From assembly GCA_964621845.1 (NCBI GenBank), contig CAZUOL010000064.1, positions 1 through 33,867 of the forward strand: a DNA stretch of 33,867 nucleotides, in the 5' to 3' direction. The DNA comes from an uncultured Candidatus Saccharibacteria bacterium (lineage in GTDB: Bacteria > Patescibacteriota > Saccharimonadia > Saccharimonadales > UBA7683). The position numbers and the translations under genes were made by a program. Of this stretch, positions 24,226-32,324 are shown piece by piece. The stretch's first letter is position 1; each line of letters opens with the position of its first letter. The notes beneath the pieces are model-generated. The model did not search any database, was not told where the DNA came from, and was given only the letters and a program-made list of their open reading frames with translations.

Positions 24226-24490
24226 AAGGAGTCTCGAGCTCCAGCTACTTATAGCAGAGCGTGCAGCAGAAGTTGTTGATCACGTTGCTGAAGCAAACGG
24301 GCATCTATGGCGCGAGAGAGGCTTGCTGTTTGCGGCATCGTTTCAGACTGGGAAAGCACAAAAGGCGGCATTAAAGGAAAACGGCCAGCGTATTGTGCAG
24401 GCACATAAAGCAAATGAAGTGGTACTTCGGTTTATGGGCAGCTATTTTTTATCTAAAGAAGATTCAGCTGATGGAGTCAGCGGTGACTGA
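24194..24490 (+). CDS. Hypothetical 98-aa ORF (doubtful)
   Basis: ATG inside the recX 3' end with a weak AAGGG SD. It fills the gap between recX and the convergent PRC-barrel gene but overlaps both. I recognise no family. Confidence 0.3.
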   Translation: MTTSEISSTNERSLELQLLIAERAAEVVDHVAEANGHLWRERGLLFAASFQTGKAQKAALKENGQRIVQAHKANEVVLRFMGSYFLSKEDSADGVSGD

Positions 24491-25032
24491 GCTTTTCGGA
24501 ACGGGTTCAACACCTGTGTGAGGCCCGTTTGCTGTTGTACTGCCCCAGATCGGACTACAATGACACGATCATTCATTTCAACAATCTGAGCGCGATTAAT
24601 GATAAGGTCGGAACTGGTCAGATTTTTAAACATTGATTGACCAACATGTATTTTTTGTATGAAAAAACTATCTACATCGACTGCATAATCAACTACTTTG
24701 CCGAGCTTTCGTTTTTGTTCGTCTATCACCATTTTACCAATAAGGTTGAAATGAAAACCAATCACCTCGTTTAAGCGGACCAGGTCTTCGCTCACCTCCA
24801 TAATATCGTCAGCATTATTTACAATAAATCCCAATGGCCCGTACTCACGAATGTCAGAAGTGTGGATGACGCTCTCACTGTGTATGCGTGGGCCACTTGC
24901 GTAGTATGCAATAATCTGTAGTTTGCGAGGATCAATAATGGGGTGTTGGGCTAGGCCAAGCTTGCCACCATTTTGCAAACTCATAATAGGCACGTTCTCC
25001 AAGTTCTTGTAGAGTACAAGCATATGGCCCAT
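24442..25032 (-). CDS. Tandem PRC-barrel domain protein
   Basis: Two segments fit the PRC-barrel/YlmC-like pattern: LENVPIMSLQNGGKLGLAQHPIIDPRKLQIIAYY and LIGKMVIDEQKRKLGKVVDYAVDVDSFFIQKIHV. Divergent from pilB. Confidence 0.55.
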   Translation of the reverse strand: MGHMLVLYKNLENVPIMSLQNGGKLGLAQHPIIDPRKLQIIAYYASGPRIHSESVIHTSDIREYGPLGFIVNNADDIMEVSEDLVRLNEVIGFHFNLIGKMVIDEQKRKLGKVVDYAVDVDSFFIQKIHVGQSMFKNLTSSDLIINRAQIVEMNDRVIVVRSGAVQQQTGLTQVLNPFRKAQSPLTPSAESSLDKK

Positions 25033-25078
25033 TGTATCATTTCGCCCTTAGCCTGACATATATTATGCTTATGGTTTT

Positions 25079-25087
25079 TGCTATACT
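25079..25087 (+). promoter_or_regulatory. Extended -10 box (TGCTATACT) upstream of pilB
   Basis: TGCTATACT ends 12 nt before the pilB ATG, with no SD in between. Confidence 0.35.
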
Positions 25088-25099
25088 GAAACAGAATAT

Positions 25100-26884
25100 A
25101 TGAACATAGCCGATAAAACAGTAAAGCAAATCCTCATTGATAGTAAAAAGCTTAAAAAAACTGAGCTTGAAAAGCTCGAGGAGTCGGCACATCGCACCAA
25201 AAAAGCGCTGCAAGAGACAGCTCTGAAGCAGGGTGTGATTACTGATGAGGAGTTAGTGAAGTGGTACGCAGAGCTCACTGAGACACCGTTTATTAAGGTT
25301 GACCCAAAATCGATAGACCCAACACTGCTTAATTTGATACCCGAGCGTATCGCGCGCCGCTACTCAGCAGTTGTATTTGGCGAAAAAGATGGCGTGAAGC
25401 TGCTCGCCATGGAAGACCCTGAGGACGTGCAGGCGGTTGATTTTATTGAAAAGCAGCTTGGCTCTAAGCCCACGTTATACATTGCGACAAAACAAAATAT
25501 CTCGAGCGCACTCGAACTCTATGGTGGAGGGGTCGACAACGAACTCACCCGAGTGATCGCAGAAGACACTGAGGGCGAAACCGATGCTGCTGAAGAGGTT
25601 GATGAAGCTGATCTCGCCGAGGATTCCCCTATTGCCCAAACTGTCACCTTGCTGATCGAGTATGCCATTAAGGCGGGCGCATCAGATGTGCACATTGAAC
25701 CGCGTGAGGGTTATGTACAGGTGCGTTATCGCGTAGACGGGGTGCTTCGTGAGGCAGAAAAGTTGCCCAAAAAGGTGCAGGCTGCCCTTACCAGCCGTAT
25801 TAAAATTCTGGCGAACTTAAAAATAGATGAACATCGTGTTCCGCAGGATGGCCGCTTTAAGATTTCTTATGCTGATAAATCGTTTGCACTCCGCGTTTCA
25901 ACGCTGCCAATTGCCGATGGGGAGAAGGTGGTTATTCGTTTACTCGATGAGTCAAACAAAGCTAAAACACTTGAAGAGCTGGGCTTTTGGGGTAGTGCAC
26001 TTAAAACCATCAACGATGCCATCATACAACCACATGGCATGATTTTAGTAACGGGGCCGACTGGCTCAGGCAAGTCAACCACGCTGTACAGTGTACTTTC
26101 GTTGTTGAATGACGAAACAGTAAATATCTCAACTGTGGAAGATCCTATTGAGTATAAAATTGTGGGGGCAAATCAAACGCAGGTGAATGTGAAAGCGGGC
26201 ATGACTTTTGCCTCGGGGTTACGCGCGCTGCTGCGTCAGGACCCTAACGTTATTATGGTTGGCGAGGTCCGCGATCGCGAAACTGCCGATATGGCAGTGC
26301 AAGCATCGCTTACCGGGCACCTGGTCTTTTCAACACTGCATACAAACAATGCAGCAACCTGTTTGCCGCGTTTGCTTGATATGGGGGTAGAACCCTTTCT
26401 TATTGCTTCAACTACCCGTTCGGTGATAGGGCAGCGTCTTGTGCGCAATATCTGTATGGACTGTCGCGAATCGTACCAACCGGATGAGACGGAAGTTACT
26501 GAAATTAAAAAGATGTTTAAATTAACCGATGCCGCTGTCTTCAAAAAAATGAATGAACTCGAAGCAGTTGCCCTCAAACAGGGGATTGGCCCAGCGGATA
26601 AAGCGCTTGCTACCTCAGCCTCAACCATCACCCGATTATATCGCCCCAAAGAAGGAGGGTGCGATAAATGCGGAGGCAGCGGTTTCCGCGGTCGTGTTGG
26701 TATCTATGAGGTGCTTGGCAATAGCGAAGAGGTACAGAAACTGATCATGCAGAACGCGACAAGTGAGGTCATTCAAGAAGAGGCAATCAACGAGGGCATG
26801 GTCACTATGCAACTGGATGGGCTTATCAAAGCCTTTCGTGGCCTTACCTCTGTGAAAGAGATTTTGAGAGTAACGAGAGAATAG
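25100..26884 (+). CDS. pilB: Type IV pilus assembly ATPase PilB (GspE/PulE family)
   Basis: N-terminal T2SSE_N domain, Walker A GPTGSGKSTT, Asp box, Walker B IMVGEVRD, His box TGHLVFSTLHTN and a C-terminal tetracysteine motif (CMDC ... CDKCGGSG). Confidence 0.93.
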   Translation: MNIADKTVKQILIDSKKLKKTELEKLEESAHRTKKALQETALKQGVITDEELVKWYAELTETPFIKVDPKSIDPTLLNLIPERIARRYSAVVFGEKDGVKLLAMEDPEDVQAVDFIEKQLGSKPTLYIATKQNISSALELYGGGVDNELTRVIAEDTEGETDAAEEVDEADLAEDSPIAQTVTLLIEYAIKAGASDVHIEPREGYVQVRYRVDGVLREAEKLPKKVQAALTSRIKILANLKIDEHRVPQDGRFKISYADKSFALRVSTLPIADGEKVVIRLLDESNKAKTLEELGFWGSALKTINDAIIQPHGMILVTGPTGSGKSTTLYSVLSLLNDETVNISTVEDPIEYKIVGANQTQVNVKAGMTFASGLRALLRQDPNVIMVGEVRDRETADMAVQASLTGHLVFSTLHTNNAATCLPRLLDMGVEPFLIASTTRSVIGQRLVRNICMDCRESYQPDETEVTEIKKMFKLTDAAVFKKMNELEAVALKQGIGPADKALATSASTITRLYRPKEGGCDKCGGSGFRGRVGIYEVLGNSEEVQKLIMQNATSEVIQEEAINEGMVTMQLDGLIKAFRGLTSVKEILRVTRE

Positions 26885-26886
26885 CA

Positions 26887-28110
26887 ATGCCTGAATTTAC
26901 CTATAAAGCACTCAATAAAGATGGCACTCCCACAGAAGGTGTGGTAGAAGCTGAAACGCGTGAGGCGGCGACGGAAACCGTTAAAAAGCAGGGGATGAAA
27001 CCACTGAGTATTGTAGAAGGGAAAAAAGGTGGCGGCATTCTTTCTTTTAACCTCAATAACAAGGTGAAGACAAAAGACCTGGTTATTTTTACCCGTGAAT
27101 TAGCAACGTTGGTGAATGCAGGCGTTCCATTAACTCGTTCGCTGAACACGCTGCAGCAGCAGGCGGAAAGCGCGGTACTTAAAAAACAACTTGCCTCGGT
27201 AGTGAAGCGCGTCGAATCGGGCGCCTCATTGGGTGATTCGCTGGCGGCGTTTCCTAAAACATTCTCTGCGATTTATGTGAATATGGTGCGAGCCGGCGAA
27301 GAAGGCGGTATTTTAGATGACGTGCTGAAGCGTCTTGCCATGCAGCAAGAAAAAGATGCTGCGATCCGGGCAAAAATTAAAAGTGCCATGACATACCCTG
27401 CGGTGATCTCGGTCATTACTTCAGTTGCGTTTATCTTCTTAATGACAAGCGTCGTTCCAAAAATTGGCGATATCATTACCAATATCGGTGGTGAAGGTGC
27501 TTCTCTACCGGTTTATACCGTTGCGCTGTTAAAAATAAGTGCAGTGATGAAAACACCACTTTTTCTTGGATTGTTATTTATTGTTGGCCCGGCGGTGTTC
27601 ATCACCTTCAGACGCTACATTAAAACAAAAAAAGGGCGCTTTGTGTGGCACACAGTACTGTTGAAAATACCAATTGTAAAAACGCTTATTACCAAAGTGG
27701 CGATTGCGCGGTTTGCACGGACATTCTCATCACTGATGGGGGCTGGTGTTACTATTCTGCAAGCCATTAGTACCACGGCCGGGGCGATTGGCAACGCAGT
27801 GATTGAAAAAGAGCTCCTTGATAGTGCCAAGGCAGTACAGGCAGGCGGGCAGCTTTCTGAACAACTCAAAGGCAGCAAGGTGTTCCCACCACTGGTAAGC
27901 GAGATGCTCGCGGTAGGTGAAGAGACCGGTAAAACGGATGAAATACTCGTAAAGGTTGCTGAGTTTTATGAAGAAGAAGTAGACGCCTTTGTAGGCGCTC
28001 TTGCATCGATTATTGAACCACTGATGATTGTGGTGCTCGGTGCCATAGTGGGGTTTATTGCGGCGAGTGTGTTTGGGCCTATCAGTCAACTTTCTTCACA
28101 GATTCACTAA
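26887..28110 (+). CDS. pilC: Type IV pilus platform protein PilC (GspF family)
   Basis: Two GspF repeats (FTRELATLVNAGVPL... and FARTFSSLMGAGVTIL...) with 3 TM segments. 407 aa. Confidence 0.93.
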   Translation: MPEFTYKALNKDGTPTEGVVEAETREAATETVKKQGMKPLSIVEGKKGGGILSFNLNNKVKTKDLVIFTRELATLVNAGVPLTRSLNTLQQQAESAVLKKQLASVVKRVESGASLGDSLAAFPKTFSAIYVNMVRAGEEGGILDDVLKRLAMQQEKDAAIRAKIKSAMTYPAVISVITSVAFIFLMTSVVPKIGDIITNIGGEGASLPVYTVALLKISAVMKTPLFLGLLFIVGPAVFITFRRYIKTKKGRFVWHTVLLKIPIVKTLITKVAIARFARTFSSLMGAGVTILQAISTTAGAIGNAVIEKELLDSAKAVQAGGQLSEQLKGSKVFPPLVSEMLAVGEETGKTDEILVKVAEFYEEEVDAFVGALASIIEPLMIVVLGAIVGFIAASVFGPISQLSSQIH

Positions 28111-28149
28111 CATCTGTGGAAAAATAATGTTACGAAATGAAGCAGATCA

Positions 28150-28179
28150 TTGACAATACGTTTAAGCATAAGCAATAAT
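28150..28179 (+). promoter_or_regulatory. Candidate pilin promoter
   Basis: Consensus TTGACA (28150-28155), an 18-nt spacer, then AATAAT (28174-28179). It is followed by a roughly 60-nt leader with a strong SD (AAAGGAGGG). Confidence 0.38.
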
Positions 28180-28245
28180 AACTGGCAGGACTGAGTCTCA
28201 TTGACTCTCCTTAAAAAAATTAACACCTAAAGGAGGGTGGGCAGA

Positions 28246-28644
28246 ATGAATAAAATTAAACAATTAAGCCGAAGCGGTTTTACGATTGTCGAGCTTTTGA
28301 TCGTCATCGTAGTTATCGGTATCTTGGCTGGTCTGGTGTTTGTCCAGTTCAACAACGTTCAGGGTCGCGCACGTGACAGTGAACGTAAAGCTGACATCCG
28401 CCTGATCGAAAGTAAGCTTGCAGAGTACCGCGCAGACAACAGCGCGTACCCAGCTGCATTGTCTGATCTTTCAGACATCCCAGCTGAAGCACTTGCTGGT
28501 CCAAAGAGTGGTGAAACATACACCTACACAGCTACTGCAACAGGTGGCGGTGCATGTACAACAGCAGCTAAAGACTGTGCGAACTATACAATTTCTTCAA
28601 CAAACATGGAGAAAGAATCAAACCCATACTCACATTCTCAGTAG
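28246..28644 (+). CDS. pilA: Type IV major pilin (PilA-like)
   Basis: MNKIKQLSRSG|FTIVELLIVIVVIGILAGLV class III signal, a strong SD, its own promoter and terminator, and a C-terminal Cys pair (CTTAAKDC). I start it at the ATG at 28246, not the GTG at 28237. Confidence 0.88.
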   Translation: MNKIKQLSRSGFTIVELLIVIVVIGILAGLVFVQFNNVQGRARDSERKADIRLIESKLAEYRADNSAYPAALSDLSDIPAEALAGPKSGETYTYTATATGGGACTTAAKDCANYTISSTNMEKESNPYSHSQ

Positions 28645-28660
28645 TAGGGTAACGCACAGA

Positions 28661-28692
28661 AAAACTGCCTCTTTTGAGGCAGTTTTTCTTTT
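28661..28692 (+). terminator. Rho-independent terminator after the pilin gene
   Basis: CTGCCTC-TTTT-GAGGCAG (28665-28682) followed by TTTTTCTTTT and preceded by an A-run. Confidence 0.75.
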
Positions 28693-28743
28693 GCTTGTAC
28701 CTGGCACACAAAACGGTTATGCTTATACATAAGCACAGTACGT

Positions 28744-29829
28744 ATGAGTATGCAAAAACAACCACTTTTTTATTACAAACGGCCAGTTTTTGGCCTTGAT
28801 GTTGGTTCGCAGAGTATTAAGGTGATGCAGCTCGAGCACACCAAGCATGGTGCGAAGGTGGTTGGATATGGTAACACGAAGACTACCGAAAAAATCATCA
28901 AAGATGGGGTGATTGTTGCAGTTCCCGAAACTGCAAAACTTATCGATCAACTATTGGCAAACGAGCTGAAGGGGCGGCTCACGACGAACCGGGTAGTAAT
29001 GGGCATACCTGTTTCGCATGTTTTTACGCGAGTACTCACGCTGCCGCAGATGTCAAAGAAGGAGCTGCATGCTGCAGTCGAACTTGAGGTGGAGCAGTCA
29101 GTGCCGCTTGCACCAAAAGAACTCTACTTTGATTATGAGGCGACAGGCGGTCTTGATTCAAAAGAGGTGCTTGTTCGCATGGTCGCGGCGCCACGTAAGA
29201 TAGTGGATTCATATGTGCAGGTGTGCGAATTGTTGCGACTCGATCTCGCTCTGGTACAGACTAACATCGAGGCTGATTCACAGCTTTGTATGTTATATGA
29301 AGACATGAAACGTGGCACCCCGTACATTATTGTCGACGTCGGTGGTGTTTCGGTTGATGTTGGCATACTGGATGCAACACTCCGTGTGACAGGAACGGTT
29401 GATACGGGCGGCGAACATTTTACTGATGCAGTTGCAAAAGTGCTTCATGTTTCGCGCACGAAAGCTCAACATATCAAGATCACCAGTGGTATTAATGCTG
29501 GCCCGCAGCAGGAAAAGATGAAGGCCGCCCTAGACCCTCTGTTCGATAAGGTAGTTGAAGAAATTAAACGTATTAAAAAGTTTTATACAAACCGTGTACA
29601 GCAAGAGGCCGATATAACACAGATTGTTATAACAGGCGGTGGCGCGAACGTACCTGGGTTAGGAGACTATCTCACGAACGCAACGAGAATACCCACCAAG
29701 GTATCATCGCCATGGACAAAGCACATTTCATTTGGCCATCTTCAATCACCTGATGTCGCAGATTTGCCACGGTTTTTGACTGCTGCGGGCTTAGCTTTAG
29801 CGAAAGACGAGGACGTGATGCATGATTAA
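28744..29829 (+). CDS. pilM: Type IV pilus assembly protein PilM (actin-like ATPase fold)
   Basis: FGLDVGSQSIKVMQLE, IIVDVGGVSVDVGIL and VITGGGANVPGL are actin/FtsA-like phosphate and adenosine motifs in PilM order. Confidence 0.88.
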   Translation: MSMQKQPLFYYKRPVFGLDVGSQSIKVMQLEHTKHGAKVVGYGNTKTTEKIIKDGVIVAVPETAKLIDQLLANELKGRLTTNRVVMGIPVSHVFTRVLTLPQMSKKELHAAVELEVEQSVPLAPKELYFDYEATGGLDSKEVLVRMVAAPRKIVDSYVQVCELLRLDLALVQTNIEADSQLCMLYEDMKRGTPYIIVDVGGVSVDVGILDATLRVTGTVDTGGEHFTDAVAKVLHVSRTKAQHIKITSGINAGPQQEKMKAALDPLFDKVVEEIKRIKKFYTNRVQQEADITQIVITGGGANVPGLGDYLTNATRIPTKVSSPWTKHISFGHLQSPDVADLPRFLTAAGLALAKDEDVMHD

Positions 29830-30481
29830 TCTACTGCCCCCAAGTGAACGAATCGCTATGGCTATTGCAAAGCGAAATACACTGCTGCGACGCTACCTGG
29901 AGTTTATGCTGCTTGGCATCCTACTCCTCACCCTCTTGGTTATCGGCTCGTACTATTATCTTTCTTTGCAATATACAAACACCAAAAAAACACTGGAATT
30001 GAATCAACAAAAGTTGGCGCAGCTTGAGCCGAAACAAAAAGAAGCCGAAGAACTTTCAACAACGGTCAATACGATTGCGGCACTTTTTTCGAGAGATGTT
30101 ACGTTTTCGAAAATGTTAACCCAAATAGGCCAATTAATGCCAGAAAAAACAGTGCTTACTAAGCTGGAGCTTTCGAGTGCCGATAGTCAGGCGCCTCTGA
30201 ATATTACTGCCCAGGTTGATTCGGAGGAGCGAGCGGCAGTACTCCGCAATAACCTTGCAAGCTCAACAGTATTTAGTAAGGCGAACATTATCTCGATTAC
30301 CAAAATAGGGGCTGACACACAAACGGGCACATCAGCAACGAGCGGCAGCACTACGCCAGCGCCTACGAACACTTCAGGTTCAACGAGCTCGTCGACCCAG
30401 ACGCTGGCCAAGGATTCACCGTATAAATTCGCCGTTGTTATAGAGGCTTATCTTAAGCCCGTAAATGGAGTGAAAAAATGA
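29822..30481 (+). CDS. pilN: PilN-like bitopic pilus alignment protein
   Basis: N-terminal INLLP motif, one TM segment and a coiled coil, then an unusual Ser/Thr-rich insert (GTSATSGSTTPAPTNTSGSTSSST). 8-nt overlap with pilM. Confidence 0.7.
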   Translation: MINLLPPSERIAMAIAKRNTLLRRYLEFMLLGILLLTLLVIGSYYYLSLQYTNTKKTLELNQQKLAQLEPKQKEAEELSTTVNTIAALFSRDVTFSKMLTQIGQLMPEKTVLTKLELSSADSQAPLNITAQVDSEERAAVLRNNLASSTVFSKANIISITKIGADTQTGTSATSGSTTPAPTNTSGSTSSSTQTLAKDSPYKFAVVIEAYLKPVNGVKK

Positions 30482-31080
30482 CGCCCAAAAAAATGAATCT
30501 TGCGCTGAAGGTTCTCATTGGTGTTCTCATAGCAATTACCGTTGCTGGGCTGTATTTTGCTAACCAAAAGTTGACGCGGCTTGCTACTGAAACGGCAAAG
30601 CTTAAAACAGATATTGAAGTGACCAACCAGCGCATAAAAGATTACGAGCTCACTGAAGCGAAGGTCAATCAGCTGAGTTACGTAAAAGATCTTGCGGCGC
30701 AAATTGTTCCGCAAAATGAAGATCAATCGGCCATTGTTGCCGAGCTAGCAGAATTTGCTCGTCGCTCGAACCTGCAGACGGGAGCAATAACCTTCGATGA
30801 AACCGCACAGACAACGACAGCACCAGTAACAAGCACCGCCAAGGCGGTAAAGCCCCCCGCAGGCGTGGGCATCGTGCCTGTTATTTTCACCGTGGGTGAT
30901 AGTGCAAAATACGAAGACGTACTCGCGTTTTTAAGATACATCGAAGCAAATCGGCGTAAAATGCAGGTGACACAGATTACACTTACCCCAAATGGCGACA
31001 ACGGTAATTTACTTGATAATGTGATACTCTCACTCAACCTCTTTGTGAAAAAGCCGGTTGAACAAGGAGCAAAAAAATGA
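30478..31080 (+). CDS. pilO: PilO-like bitopic pilus alignment protein
   Basis: One TM segment, a coiled coil and a C-terminal ferredoxin-like segment (VPVIFTVGDSAKYEDVLAFLRYIEANRRKMQVTQITL) typical of PilO. ATGA overlap with pilN. Confidence 0.68.
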   Translation: MTPKKMNLALKVLIGVLIAITVAGLYFANQKLTRLATETAKLKTDIEVTNQRIKDYELTEAKVNQLSYVKDLAAQIVPQNEDQSAIVAELAEFARRSNLQTGAITFDETAQTTTAPVTSTAKAVKPPAGVGIVPVIFTVGDSAKYEDVLAFLRYIEANRRKMQVTQITLTPNGDNGNLLDNVILSLNLFVKKPVEQGAKK

Positions 31081-31370
31081 AGGCAAAGGTGAAGGGCTAT
31101 CTACTCAAGACCAAAGAGGTGCTCACTAAAAATCAAGCATTTGTTTCAGCATGTATTTTTTTGGGGATCGCAGCATTCGTGTTGTATCGTCTTATGGTGC
31201 TTAGTAATATCGGACCCGATAGTGCTGCAATATTAGACCAGCAAAGAACAATAAAAACAGTACAGTTTAATCAACAGGCAATTGATCAAATTGAAGAGCT
31301 GCGAGATAGCAACGTAAAGACCCCGGGCACCGACATACAGAAGAACCGCCAGAATCCTTTTGCCGAGTAA
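31077..31370 (+). CDS. Hypothetical 97-aa single-pass membrane protein, translationally coupled to pilO
   Basis: ATGA overlap with the pilO stop. One TM segment (FVSACIFLGIAAFVLYRLMVL). I recognise no family. Confidence 0.55.
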   Translation: MKAKVKGYLLKTKEVLTKNQAFVSACIFLGIAAFVLYRLMVLSNIGPDSAAILDQQRTIKTVQFNQQAIDQIEELRDSNVKTPGTDIQKNRQNPFAE

Positions 31371-31409
31371 GGTTTATTTTTGTCGCAAAATCAGTCAGTA
31401 TAGTGTGGT

Positions 31410-31868
31410 ATGCAAAAGATCTATCACACGAATAGCCCTGAAGAAACCAAGCAGGTTGCATTGGCAATAGGCGAACGCTTAAGGGGTGGTGAAACGTTTG
31501 ATGTCTTAAGCGATCTAGGCGGTGGGAAGACGACGTTTATAAAAGGCTTGGTGTCAGGCTTTGGCTCGGATGATGGTGTTTCAAGCCCTAGTTTCACCAT
31601 TAGTTTCACCTATGCGCGGCCCGATGGTGCTCGCTTTCACCATTTTGATTTCTATCGTTTGAGCGATCCTGGAATTATGAAACACGAACTCGATGAAGTT
31701 ATAGCTGACGAGCGTGATGTGGTGGCAGTTGAATGGGGTGATGTGGTGGCCGACCACTTGCCGAAGGATACGGTGCACGTAGTAATTAAGAAAACAAACA
31801 CCACTGCTAGAGAAATAACTATCACCGCACCGCCTCAGCGTGCGTATGTATGTGGAGATCATCTGTGA
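31410..31868 (+). CDS. tsaE: tRNA t6A37 biosynthesis ATPase TsaE
   Basis: LSDLGGGKTTFIKGL (P-loop), SPSFTISFTY and HHFDFYRL are TsaE/YjeE signatures. Confidence 0.9.
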   Translation: MQKIYHTNSPEETKQVALAIGERLRGGETFDVLSDLGGGKTTFIKGLVSGFGSDDGVSSPSFTISFTYARPDGARFHHFDFYRLSDPGIMKHELDEVIADERDVVAVEWGDVVADHLPKDTVHVVIKKTNTTAREITITAPPQRAYVCGDHL

Positions 31869-32263
31869 TTCTTGCCATAAAAACCGACCAACCACAAGCT
31901 GAGCTAAAACTGCTGGAAGCTGCAAGTGGTGGAATAGTTGATGAAATTAGCTGGCAGGCCCACCGGGAACTTTCTGATACAATTCTGACGAATATCGACC
32001 GACTATTAAAAAACAATAACCACGCACTCAATGATGTGACGGCACTTATTGTGTTTGAAGGTCCTGGATCATTTACGGGTCTACGCATCGGCATTTCAGT
32101 GGCGAACACACTTTCTTATGCGCTTGACGTACCAGTTGTTGGTGCGGGTACACCTGATTGGGTACGCGTTGGTACGAAGTTGCTGCAGAACCAAAAAGGT
32201 TTCTCAGAAGTTGCAGCCCCTCAATATGGCGCTCCGGCTCACATCACCACACCACGTAAATAG
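31865..32263 (+). CDS. tsaB: TsaB (YeaZ)-like protein, N-terminal half only
   Basis: ILAIKTD..., LIVFEGPGSFTGLRIGISVANTLSYALDVPVVG is the conserved YeaZ N-terminal subdomain. A GTG at 31865 overlaps the tsaE TGA (GTGA). About 132 aa, against about 230 aa for canonical TsaB as I recall it. Confidence 0.78.
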   Translation: MILAIKTDQPQAELKLLEAASGGIVDEISWQAHRELSDTILTNIDRLLKNNNHALNDVTALIVFEGPGSFTGLRIGISVANTLSYALDVPVVGAGTPDWVRVGTKLLQNQKGFSEVAAPQYGAPAHITTPRK

Positions 32264-32293
32264 TTGACAGTAGAAGCCAGCTACGGCTATTAT
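32264..32293 (+). promoter_or_regulatory. Sigma-70-type promoter for the small secreted protein gene
   Basis: Consensus TTGACA (32264-32269), an 18-nt spacer, then TATTAT (32288-32293), 31 nt upstream of the ATG at 32325. Confidence 0.45.
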
Positions 32294-32324
32294 GGAATGC
32301 AGATAAGCATAAACGGAAAATGAA

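Noticed and set aside
26236-26649. 137-aa minus-strand ORF inside pilB, and similar antisense ORFs in recA (22121-22489), the bPH gene (20226-20594) and pilC (27730-28089)
   Set aside because: All lie opposite genes with strong family signatures, and I recognise no motifs in any of them.
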